DNA of 64,000 nucleotides from Callorhinchus milii (lineage: Eukaryota). This document shows positions 53,276 to 64,000 of this stretch, piece by piece; position 1 is the stretch's first letter, and every line of letters begins with the position of its first letter. The notes below the pieces were generated by a model. The model made no database searches. It was not told the origin of the DNA and saw only the letters and a program-made list of their open reading frames with translations. A program made the position numbers and the translations under genes. Location: contig NW_024704742.1 in assembly GCF_018977255.1 (NCBI RefSeq), forward strand, positions 121,398,001 to 121,462,000, given 5' to 3'.

Positions 53276-56224
53276 CTAGACTATTTAATAGTCCAGTTAC
53301 CATCCAGCACCTAATCCAGTTTATCTCATTATTATTTCAGTGCCCCAATATAAATATGGTTATTCATTCACTGTCTAAAAAAAACTTTGAGTAAGGTCCC
53401 ACCAAATCACCACAAGTAGGGATCACTTTGACTTGGTATTACATTTATAGCTACTGTTATGTTGCTACCCTTTTGCAGGAATAACGTGTGCCACTAAAAT
53501 GAATCTATGATTCAAGTATAACAATACATTGAAGAGGTGGGATGCAATGCTTCATTTATTCCAGTTCCCTCAAAAAGGTTTCTATTGGGGGAGAATAGAG
53601 GAGCCCCTTATCACTGAACTGTTTCAGAAATATTTGGTGCTATCTGATGAAAGTAACTGCTGCATTTGCTTGCAAGTACAGTCACCACACTTGACAGTAA
53701 TTATCTGCGAAACACATCCCTGAGATCCCTAATCATATAAAGTTTTATAATAATGCATTTTTTTTACTCTGGAATTGGTGTGCTAATTTATTCAATTTTA
53801 GAATCTCACCCTTTGCCCAATATATTCTAGAAAAGACTGATTTACACTCAAGGCCACAAATTATTCACTTACCTTCCTAAAGGTTGTGTGGAGGTGATAC
53901 CCTTGAACAGAAAAATGTAATTAAAAACAGGAAGGTGCTCTGCCAATATAAGAACTGGTGTTCTGCATGTAACCAACCATGCAGAACCAAATAAAAGATT
54001 TTAGATATTTCTATATTCATGCTTTTAATTCAGAAAGCTAAAATGTCAGTGTTACGTAATATTCCATACAAAAAAAGTATGTTTGAAAAAGAAAATTGCT
54101 ACTAAAAATATTAAATAAAAGAAAGTGTGTAAAATGTGAAGAGGAGATATCCACTCTGGTAATGAGAGTAAAACAGTAACAGTTTCAGACAAGAGTGTAC
54201 CATTACTCTGACGAGCCTTCCCATTTAGCTTCCCAAGAGATTCTGTCAACACATCACATTATCTAACGCACCTGAATCCTTTTAACTTCCAGGAACATGT
54301 CTGGTTCCTTCTTGAAATCTTTCATAGATCTTCCTGCTACCATCTGTCCTGGTAGTTTGTTCCACGCACTTGTCACACTTCCAGTGAAAAATATTCTCCT
54401 GCACTTTCTACTCGCTTTTAAAAGAACTGCAGAAAATTAGCAACCAAATTACAACTGAATCTTACAATTTCCTGGGAAACCTTGAAGAAAAACATAAATT
54501 TGAAGAAAAATAGTCTTAAATTGAACCCATGAAAATTTTCAGGCTTCAGATGCTTAACCGGGGTAAGGGGCGCCTTCAAGTGTTAATTATGGCTCGTGTG
54601 TCACTTGCCACTGAGGCTGACCTGTGCACTGAATTTGAATAAAATAAATTAAAGCTGCATGCACATTTCATGCTCTGATTTAGTAATTAACTCATCTGCA
54701 ATGCTAAATGATAGAATGCAAAAATAGCTCTTGTTGTAACACGATACAGTATTGGTTAATACAATTTAAAATGCAACAAGCAATACATTGTATTAAACTT
54801 CCATAATGACATAAGAGCAACATCAAAATATTATTTCTCTAAATTATAAAAATATAAACCTAGTGCAGATATTAGTTTAAGTCAGTAGAGTTGTTACATT
54901 CCTAATCACCCTGACATTTGGTATAACGCCTTTCATGATGGGAGGACATCCCTTCACAGGACATACTGTAAAGTGACTGTGTTTTGTGACGCAGAAGCCA
55001 ATTTGCGCACAGCAGTGTCCCACAAACAGCCATGAAGTGAATTTTATTTGGGGGATTGTTGCCCAGGAGACCGTTTTCTGCATAAGTAAAAATGTAGACT
55101 TGTGTCAGCGCCTTGAGGACGACCACCTGATGTGAAAGGCGCTATATCATGCAACTTGTTATTGTTGTTGTCAGGGGCGGAATGTTAGGAAGTCACACCA
55201 ATAGGCAAATCATCTGTGTTTAGCTTTGCTCAGGGCATACTTCAAAAACTAGCAAAAAGGGAGGAAAGGTCGACTTATCTTCTTAATGGTCAAAGAACCT
55301 TAAGGAGTAATCTGTGCTGTGCTTCACAGCCAAGAAGGCCCAGCGACATGTGACTATTTTATGGCAGATCTACCCTGGAGTTAATGAGGAGTCTGAAAAT
55401 TAATTGCAAGTAGGAGGTGAGAAGTGAATAATACAGTTTGTTTCTGCTAGAGAGCATGGGTGTAATGGCACTACCAGATATATCCAAGAGGAAAGGACGG
55501 TCTCTGACCCCAGAGGGCATCAGAGACTTAGCAGCTAGCGCACCTAGCAAAATGGAGTGAGTTGTCTGGGCAGGTCATAGTTGCTTGTGAAAACTCAAGC
55601 TCAACAAACCTGAAGGAATAGCACCATTAAGATTGCAATGAAGATCATCAATGCCCTCAATTTTCGTGCCAATAACAAACACACAGTACATGCTAGGAAT
55701 CAGCCAAATTACTCTGTACTGTTATATTATGAAGCTATCTAGGGCACTACATCACAAGGCTTCCTGCCAAATACACCTCAATACAAACTAGAAGCTGTAC
55801 AGCAGCAATAATTCTTCCAAAATGTCTTCCCAAAGGTACAGATCACTATCAACTTTATTCACACACAGTAACTGAATCACGCATGACCTACAAAGCCAAT
55901 GATATCTCTGAATCTGAAGGGCTACAGATGTTAGATGTATACCACTAGAGATGCACATTTGGAAATGAAATACATTTTAATGTATCTCGCTGCCAGTCAC
56001 TCTTTAATTATGCCAAAAAATAAAGGGTCCATTGTACAAAACCAAACAATAAACATCCAGCATTCAGGAAGAACAAAACAGGGAACGCTGGCAGTAGTTC
56101 TGTTACTGTAAACAGTAAAATATGCATGTCAATTCACAATTCCTGTGAGAAAGACCTGGTAATTATGCCATCTTGCATTATATTTTACTTCAACGCTCCC
56201 AGGGGGAGTAAACACAGTTTGCTT

Positions 56225-56390
56225 GGAGCTGAGCTGCCTCCACGGTGAGTGTTGGAATTGAGTCAACCCTCTTTAGCAGTCTTGAGCCAGGCGGGACTGT
56301 AATACTCAGGTCCTCTAGGGCTCTGCTGATGACAGACCGGCCGGACTATTTGGCAGGGCTTGGAGGGACAAACTGGGAGCAGGCAATTCT
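56225..56390. repeat. Unclassified dispersed repeat, copy 2
   Basis: Collinear shared blocks with the reverse complement of 50385-50575. Confidence 0.65.
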
Positions 56391-56434
56391 ATCCCACATC
56401 CTTGGAGTATATTTACTTTATATTTTCACTTCCT

Positions 56435-56960
56435 ATAACAACAACAAAATTACATTTGTAAAGCGCCTTTCACATCTGGAGGACGACCCAAGGTGCTGGA
56501 CAGACAGAGATATGGATTTGAGTTGGGGTCGGGGAGGGTGGAGGGCAGGGGGGGAAGCAGGGAAATTGAAAGCACGGTCAAAGAGGAGGGTCTTGAGATG
56601 GGTCTTGAAGGAGGCAAGGGAGGGGGCGAGGTGGAGGGACTGCGGAATGGAATTCCAGAGGGTGGGGGCAGAGTGGCGGAAGGCCTGCCTGCCAATAGTG
56701 GGGCAAGCGAGGCGAGGATGTGAAGCAGGCCAGAGGGAGCGAGCAGGATGGTGGGGGTTTAGGAGGTCACAGAGGTAGGAGGGAGCAAGACCATGGAGGG
56801 CTTTGAAGGTGAGGTCCAAGATCTTGAATGTATCCTCTGTGTGATGGGAAGCCAGTGGAGTTGGGCAAGGATGGGGGTGATAGGGTCGCAGAGCCTAGTG
56901 TGGGCTGCAGAGTTCTGGATGATCTGCAGCCTGTGGAGGGAGGAGTTGGGGAGGCCAACA
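56435..56960 (-). mobile_element. L2 LINE 3' fragment
   Basis: LTFKALHGLAPSYL.DLL...GRQAFRHSAPTLWNSIPQSL...FKTHLKTLLF; tail. Confidence 0.92.
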
Positions 56961-57030
56961 AGCTATATGTAGTACCTTGCATCTGTGTTGAAGGGTGCTA
57001 CATAAATGCAAGTTGTTGTTGTTGGTGTCC

Positions 57031-57680
57031 TATCAGGATCCATTTGTAACTCCTTTGCTGCCTCTTCTGATTCCAGTTTCCCCCAACTGGATGTCATTTG
57101 CAAATAGGTCTTTGAATTCACTGGGTCTGTGAATCCAAGTCAATGATACAGTAAACTCCTGAGATATCGCACTCCAAGGGAAAAGAGCTCAATGATGATA
57201 TCCGGGGTGACTATGTTGGCATGAGTCCTCCAGGGCCACAAGGGGGCACTGTCGGCAGGAGGACCTACACCAACACACAATGCACAGTTTTTGTGCTATA
57301 TCTGGTTGTCAACTATCAGCTAAATAGGTAGCACATGCAATAACTATTTTGACTTAGTTTCTCTACCAACTACCCTCTACTTCCTTACCTTCAACTAATT
57401 TCAAATTTATGTCTTATCCTTGCAGATTACACCAAGCATCATTTGCAAATGACACCGAGTTGGGAGAAACTAGAATCAGAAGTGGCAGCAAAGGAGTTAC
57501 AAAGAGAGCTTGATAAGATATACATATCAGCTGATGTCTGACCAATTTCAATACAAATAAAGTCCATGTCTTACCCAGTGCAATCAGCTTGTGAAGGATA
57601 TTCAATGTGGTACTTTATCAAAATCCTTCTGGAAGTTTAGGTACATTACATCATGTCTTACCACAATTAATCGGGGATGT
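57031..57680. mobile_element. Rearranged CR1 RT fragments, including an inverted duplication
   Basis: An FA(N)D..LG-encoding segment is present in both orientations (57031-57105 minus, 57440-57516 plus). A DVMYLNFQKDFDKVPH-like motif lies on the minus strand near 57605-57652. Confidence 0.7.
57234..57251 (+). promoter_or_regulatory. CTCF-like motif
   Basis: GGCCACAAGGGGGCACTG closely fits the CTCF core CCAS(Y)AGRGGGCR. Confidence 0.4.
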
Positions 57681-58811
57681 CAGCTGTATCTGGGTCATTG
57701 GCTAGAACTAAGTAAATGAGGGAACTAGTCCTGACACACATTGATAGAAAACAGGTATGCACCACATTGACAAATGTTTTTTAAGATTAAAAGTTTAAAT
57801 ACCATGGGATACTACAATGCAACAAAAAATTAGTATCCAAGGTTCTTAAGTACTTTATAACACTTGCTTTTTAGTTGGTTAAAGGGATAAATCAATTATC
57901 TAACTGGTAAATTTAAATAACATTCTGCTGCCAAGCACATCACCTTGAAGTCAGGTCAGCTCCAAGGAGAACTCGCTTACCTCCCTCAGGGGAGGATAGT
58001 AAATTAATTATTATTAACATATTTCAAGTTAAATATACACTGTATATAGTACATATGTAAACCAGGAACAGTTAGTAAAATTCTCTAAAATACAATAATC
58101 ACACCCCACTAATTTCTGTGAAGTATGGCTTCACACTGAAGTATTCTTTTTGCTGCTGGTGGTTTGCGCTATAAGCACCCAGCAGTATATTCTTTTAAGG
58201 GCGTTAAATATGGTGCTAAACTAACTTTGGCTGTCACTACCAGTCTCATTTTGGACTGTAGATGTATTTCAGACATTCAACTTTCTTGCCCAAGTAGAAA
58301 ATCACCAATTAAAACTATAATCAAGGAAGGAGGGAACTGACGATAATAATTTTGCACCACATTTGTAGATTAAGCATACATTCAATCAAAGCCCATTTGA
58401 GTTTGTTCCCTGAGTGAAGGAAATGTTTTTATATCGCTTGTTCCAAGAAAGATTCTTTCTTTCTTCATTGTTCCTTTCTTCCCTGTTCCTCTCCTACAGA
58501 TGTTTGACTGACTTCCTTCTACCAAGGTACAATTCCATGTGTCTCAGGTCCCTTATTCAAATCCCATGAGTTTAGATAGTAAATGTTATTCAAGCCTGGT
58601 CCTGTCCTTACACAATGTCTGCATACGTCCATCTTTCAACAGGGGTCTCTGAAAAATGATTAGGGGTGGGATCTCTAGCTTATTTTCCGAAATCTACCCT
58701 AATTTACAGGCGTAGCTCAAATCCCGTCCTGGATGGATCAGCTCATTTTCCAGTGTTGGATGAGGCTGAAGTCATTTGTATTGAAGTTGTATGTGAAAGA
58801 AGCCTTCTTAA

Positions 58812-59672
58812 AGCCTTCCCCAACTCCTCCCTGCACAGGCTGCAGATCATCCAGAACTCTGCAGCCCGTGTCCTCTCCTGCACCAGGCTCCGTGACCCTA
58901 TCACCCCCATTTGTGGAGTCCTGTAGCTCAGTGGTTAGAGCACTCGCTTTGTAAGCGAGAGACCTGAGTTCAATTCCAGGCAGGGCCAAACCTTGGGCAA
59001 GTTTCCTTACTCTACACGCCTAATAATAATCCCTCCAAAAAAAAAAAAAACAATAATAAATTGGTCATTTTCAATCTACGACTGTTTGTGGGACATTGCT
59101 GTGCGCAATTGGCTGCCGCGTTCGCCCACAAATATACAGTCAATTCACTTTACAGTGTGTTCTGTGAAGTGCTTTGGGAGGTCCTCCCGATGTGAAAAGC
59201 GCTATATCAAATGCAAGGATTATTATTATTATTATTATCCTCGCCCGACTCCACTGACTTCCCATCACACAGAGGATACAGTTCAAGATCTTTGTCCTCA
59301 CCTTCAAAGCCCTCTATAGCCTTGCTCTCGCCTACTTCTGCGTCCCCCTAAACCCTTGCCAACGTGCCTGCTTCCTCTGGCTTGCTTCACGTCCTCCGCC
59401 TTGCCCGCCCCACCATTGGCGGGTGGCCCTTCAGCCACTCTGCCCCCACTCTCTGGAACTCCATCCTGCAGTCCCTCTGCCTCGCCCTTTCCCTTGCCTC
59501 CTTCAAGACCCATCTCAAGACCCTCCTTTTCGACTGTGCCTTCGATCCCCCTCCTTCTCCCCCTGCCCTCTACCCTCCCTGATCCCAACCCCCAGCTCGG
59601 GTCCGAAACACTGACTGTCCACTGACTGGGGGTCTTCTCGATGTGAAAGGCGCTATACAAGTGTAATTTTGT
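58812..59672 (+). mobile_element. L2 3' fragment interrupted by a SINE
   Basis: FPNSSLHRLQIIQNSAARVLSCTRLRDPITPI before 58911 resumes as CCTCGCCCGACTCCACTG after 59238 and runs to the L2 tail. Confidence 0.9.
58913..59238 (+). mobile_element. Full-length young tRNA SINE (short form)
   Basis: Intact A/B boxes, body and (ATT)n tail; nested in the L2. Confidence 0.95.
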
Positions 59673-59677
59673 TCTTA

Positions 59678-60000
59678 AATAATAATAATAATAATCCTTG
59701 CATTTGATATAGCGCTTTTCACGTCGGGAGGACGTCCCAAAGCGCTTCACAGAATATACTGTAAAGTGAGTTGACTGTATATTTGTGGGCGAACGCGGCA
59801 GCCAATTGCGCACAGCAATGTCCCACAAACAGTCATAGATTGAAAATGACCAATTTAATTATTGTTTTTGTTTTTTGGAGGGATTATTATTAGGCGTGTG
59901 GAGTAAGGAAACTTGCCCAAGGTTTCGCCCTGCCTGGAATTGAACTCAGGTCTCTCACTTGCAAAGCGAGTGCACTAACCACTGAGCTACAGGACTCCAC
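59678..60000 (-). mobile_element. Full-length young tRNA SINE (short form)
   Basis: Closely similar to the reverse complement of 58913-59238; retains many CpGs. Confidence 0.95.
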
Positions 60001-61334
60001 AATCATTTCAACAAAGACATTAGCAATTCAGATTATCTCTTCTTTTTTTAAATAGTGCCATGGGATCTTTAACGCTCACCTGAAGAACAGCCAGATAGAA
60101 TCTTAACTTAACATCATATCCCATGGACAAAATCTTTGACAATGAACTGCAGTCACTGAAATATCAGTCTAAACAACAAGGTAACATCAGAACCTACAAC
60201 CCAATACAGAGGTAGCAGTGTTAGCAATAGAGCTAGCCTGACCCTAGTACTGCACAAAGCAATAAAATGCCAAACCAATATTCATTCACATATACTTAAG
60301 CAGAAAGTGCTCTAAGATGCTACATGAAGGTGGTATATAAATGCAAGTTGTTATTGTTCTATTCATTGCAACATATAGCGTGGATATAGCTGGTTTACTC
60401 ATTTACTGTAAAATAAAGCTGCACTTGTTTGTGTTACAATTTGCACCTGGCAAAAAAAATCATTCCACCTAACTGTTTGATGCTAATGAAAAACAGCTAA
60501 ATTGTGTCAAAATATATCTGCAAGCAATAATAAAACTGATAGTTATTCCATGCTGACACTTGTTGGCCATTAATATAACTCTCATAAATCATACTTGTAA
60601 GGTTCAATTTGCACTTGTGTAGATTAATGGTAGATTTAATCCATTGAAATTCTTCATCTGGGGCATATGGCAGCATTATGATTTATATCCATCAAATACC
60701 AGACTTTGTTGGCTAAAAATCAAATCAGGGAAATGAGTAAAGCAAGTAACTAATGGAACTGTATATTGCAGAGGCAGGTTGGTCTTAGAATTCAGAGAGA
60801 CGTTTCGTTTTATTGCTTAAATGAGCAGGAGTGGGGAAGTCCTGAGCAAAGTATTAGGACTTGTATAATTTGGATCATTTCTTACTATTTCTTCTGCTAT
60901 TAAATTGCATAATACCCTAGACATTGATATCAAGATCTCAAACAATATGTTTCACAGTGTAAATTCAGTTTGATACTAGATTAGAGTCAGGTTTTGTCAA
61001 TTTGTCAAACTGAACTGATTCAGCATTATATAGCGGCCAAAGTACAATAAAATCCACATGCAAATTAAATCAAACAATTTGTGTGAAATAAAACACAACA
61101 GTAGCTTAAACGTGATGGCATGTATCAATACCATTATGTCAGGTAGCCGCTCTTCACCTCTGTACAGCCAATATCAAACTCAGTAACCGGTGTTTGGAAA
61201 AGACATCTCCAAAGACTCATTTAAAAATAGACCACTTTCAATCTGTGTATTGGTGCTCTTGGATCCATTGCACCAAATAAATGCTTTAGTTTTATAGTCA
61301 GGGCTCTGCCACACCCCAGCGTGTGGGAGTGGAG

Positions 61335-61685
61335 AAAGGAAATCCCTTGTGTTCCTGTCTGCTCCCACCGTTCAGCGAACTTCAGCCTGCTCTATGTCCC
61401 CCGCACGGCTCACCCCACCTTCGGCAGTCGGGCCTTCAGTCTCTCTGCCCACTCCTTTTGGAACTCCATCCCACCATCCCTTCACCTCACTTCCTTCCAT
61501 GCCTCCTTCAAGGCCCTTCAAGACCCTCCTCTTCGACTGGCCTTCGGTCACCCCACCTACCCTTACCCTCTACTTCTCCTGATCCCAACCCCCAGCTCGG
61601 GTCCAAAACCGTCACTGTCAAGTGCCTTGGAACATCCTCCTGACATGAAAGACACTATACAAATGTAATGTGTTGTTGTGGTTGT
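61335..61685 (+). mobile_element. L2 3' end
   Basis: LLYVPR...TFGSRAFS.SA..FWNSIP.SL and tail. Confidence 0.85.
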
Positions 61686-62007
61686 ATTTGAAACCACCGG
61701 TCTTCTGATCAGGTGGGGATCTCTGCAATAGAAAACATGGAATGAGGAAAAGGAATCAAACCCAGTTCTTCCACACAACATCTACAATCCCTGCTCTCAA
61801 AGACTCTGCATTACTGGTGAGTTGTTTTGGTTTGAAGTTCACCAATTTTGAAAAGTAACCAGTCACAGGCTGGATGATGGATGGAAGTTTCTTGTCTTTA
61901 CAGGTTCTTGAGATCAATAAAAAGGAAATAAAGTTGCACTTTTTCGGGGTTGGTATTTACTTCAGTGCTATGCCAGTTGGAGGGCAGAAGGCAGGATGGT
62001 GGGGGAG

Positions 62008-62433
62008 GTAATAATAATCTTTGCATCAGATATTGTGCCTTATCAAGTCAAAACATTTCAAAGTAATTTCTGTTATTGTACTAAATGTGCATTTGTAGGT
62101 GAATGTGGCAGCCGATTTGCACACAGCAACACATGATAAGCTACAAGAAGATGAATGGCCCATTTGTCATTGCAATATTTGTTGGCCAGGACACCAAAAT
62201 AAATTTGTTTCTCTTTACGAAGCATCATGGGTTCTCTAATATACATCTGAATAGTCAGAATCTGGGTTTAACATCTCATCTAAAGGACAGTGCCTCTGAC
62301 AATGCAGTTACTCCCCCTACACTGCACTGCAGCATGAGGCTAGACCATGAGCCAAAAGTCCCTGATGCGGGTTTTGAACCCAAAACCTGCTGACCCAGAG
62401 GTTAGAGTGCTACCAACAGAGCCAAGCGGACAC
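62008..62433 (-). mobile_element. Near full-length DeuSINE-like element
   Basis: Head GGTAGCACTCTAACCTCTGGGTCAGCAGG..TGGGTTCAAAACCC, core and tail. Confidence 0.8.
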
Positions 62434-63289
62434 CTTGTTTAGGACAATGACACTAATTTACTTGTAATGTTTTCAATGTCCAACTGGCACTGATACACAT
62501 AGCTTTATGTTAATAGGGGTAGAGTATTGTGCAGACACCATTTTGAACAAAAAAAAGAAACAGAAAAGGATTGTATCAACTCCCTCATAACAGCAACTGG
62601 TGCTGGCAATTCAACTGCATTCTCAAGTGTTTTTTTCTCTTATTATAACATTCCTTTGATACAATACACAATCCCACCACTGTGTCGAGTAGAAATGGTA
62701 CTGGCTGACTGTTAAGCTTGCCCATCACTTATAGCTTTCTGTTCCTTTGTTTCCCAACACAGATCTATTTTGCTGCCAAATAGTTCAGTTCTCTCAGATT
62801 TTCAATTACTAATCTTTTCCTGCTATCTTCACCCAACAGGCTCTGCCACCTTCTTGCAGCAAATATTCTACTGGACCTGTTTGTACAGTTCTCTTCCCTG
62901 CTCTGCAATGGTGAAAGATTTTGATCGGGCTTCTTAATATATTGTCTTAGCTGAGACCCTTGAAATTCTCAGGTGAGTCCTGAAACCAAGATCCTATAAT
63001 GCAAGATGTACTTTAGTTTGCAAAATCCTTAGTTGGGTGAACAGCATTTCAAAACTGGTAGAATTTTGACAAATATAACTTTAAAAAAACTAAATTATTG
63101 GAGTGAAATAGGGAACTCTTAATAAGAATTGTTACTCTAATACTTATTCCGCATATTCAGTCAAGCCCTTTGAGACTATTAGTCAGTTTTCCTAAGGTAA
63201 TGTTTGAATACAGTAGCTTAAATTATATTTCATTTCTCTGTATAAAGCCAAGTCAAGGATGTCAGGATATCTTCCTCCATCCCCCTGCC

Positions 63290-63470
63290 TTGCCCCTTCC
63301 TTCCCTATCTTCAGGTTGCGTCTGAAGACCTTCCTATTCGTCCGTGCCCAGTATCACCTGCCCCTTCCCCTGGCTAGGTGTGGTGCTCCATCACTGTCAA
63401 GTGCTCTGGGACGCTACCCTGAGTGAGGGGCGCTATATACATGCTGTATATGTTGTACAAGTTGTTGTTG
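63290..63470 (+). mobile_element. L2 3' end, third tail type
   Basis: Encodes F...LKTFLF. Its tail GGGACGCTACCCTGAGTGAGGGGCGCTATA is also seen as solo fragments near 31410-31465 and 43100-43140. Confidence 0.7.
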
Positions 63471-64000
63471 TGATAAGACACTATATGAAATGAAAGAATT
63501 ATTATTAATTATATGAGCACAATAAAATATGATTGTATTGAAAGATAGCAGCTGGTTAATTGAAGCAAAAATATGCAGCCGAAAGGCAGCATAACAAGTA
63601 TACAGGTACTATTTTCAAGTGAGCATTTATGTTTAAATAAATCTGTGCAAATTAATATATTTAAAGAGGCTGTGTCTTTGTGGAATAAAGTCTTGTACAG
63701 TAAGAGCTGAATATCTGCACTATTTGGGAATGGCCCCATTGCGAATAAGTAGATGGTGTGGATAATAACACATCACAGAAAACATAAATTGACTGCAATA
63801 CATACTAAAAACTTGTTTCAGCATACATTACACTGTTTCTGTTGTATTGCACCATGTCAGTCATTCTCTCTCTCTCTGTACTCTCTCTTTCAGAAAGTCA
63901 AAAAGGCAATTAATTGACAGCAAAACAAAAATTGCTAGTGTTCAGAATCACAATTTTTTCTCTTTTTTTTAAACAGAATTTATTAGTGAAACCTATAACT

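Noticed and set aside
58913..58985. tRNA-Ala gene (also the other SINE heads)
   Set aside because: These are SINE 5' heads continuous with SINE bodies; the anticodon region varies between copies.
22500..64000. Neighbouring gene such as SMIM15 upstream of ZSWIM6
   Set aside because: No ORF resembling it, or any other recognisable protein, was found. Small exons could have been missed by eye.

Overview
Vertebrate genomic DNA. The repeat content (tRNA-derived SINEs with L2-type tails, DeuSINE-like and AmnSINE2-like elements, many L2 and CR1 fragments) suggests a cartilaginous fish, but this is an inference. The one confidently identified gene is ZSWIM6 on the minus strand. Its first coding exon is 21122-20753, inside a CpG-rich promoter. 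Positions 1-20752 are intron 1 (exon 2 was not found), and 21.1-64 kb is gene-poor upstream sequence rich in retroelements. The main observations are: (1) a candidate intronic GC-box/TATA/Inr promoter and alternative first coding exon (2605-2491) whose splice phase matches exon 1, which would replace the BC-box-containing N-terminus with a 38-aa peptide resembling the ZSWIM8 N-terminus; (2) seven perfect CArG (SRF) boxes in the promoter, partly in a 62-bp periodic array; (3) a decayed copy of part of that promoter 3.3 kb upstream, joined to a SINE; (4) a nuclear-receptor/PBX/NF-Y motif cluster in intron 1; (5) a candidate MITE and a modular SINE family. No prokaryotic-type system such as CRISPR was seen. 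Family names come from recalled consensus sequences rather than searches, and repeat boundaries are approximate.
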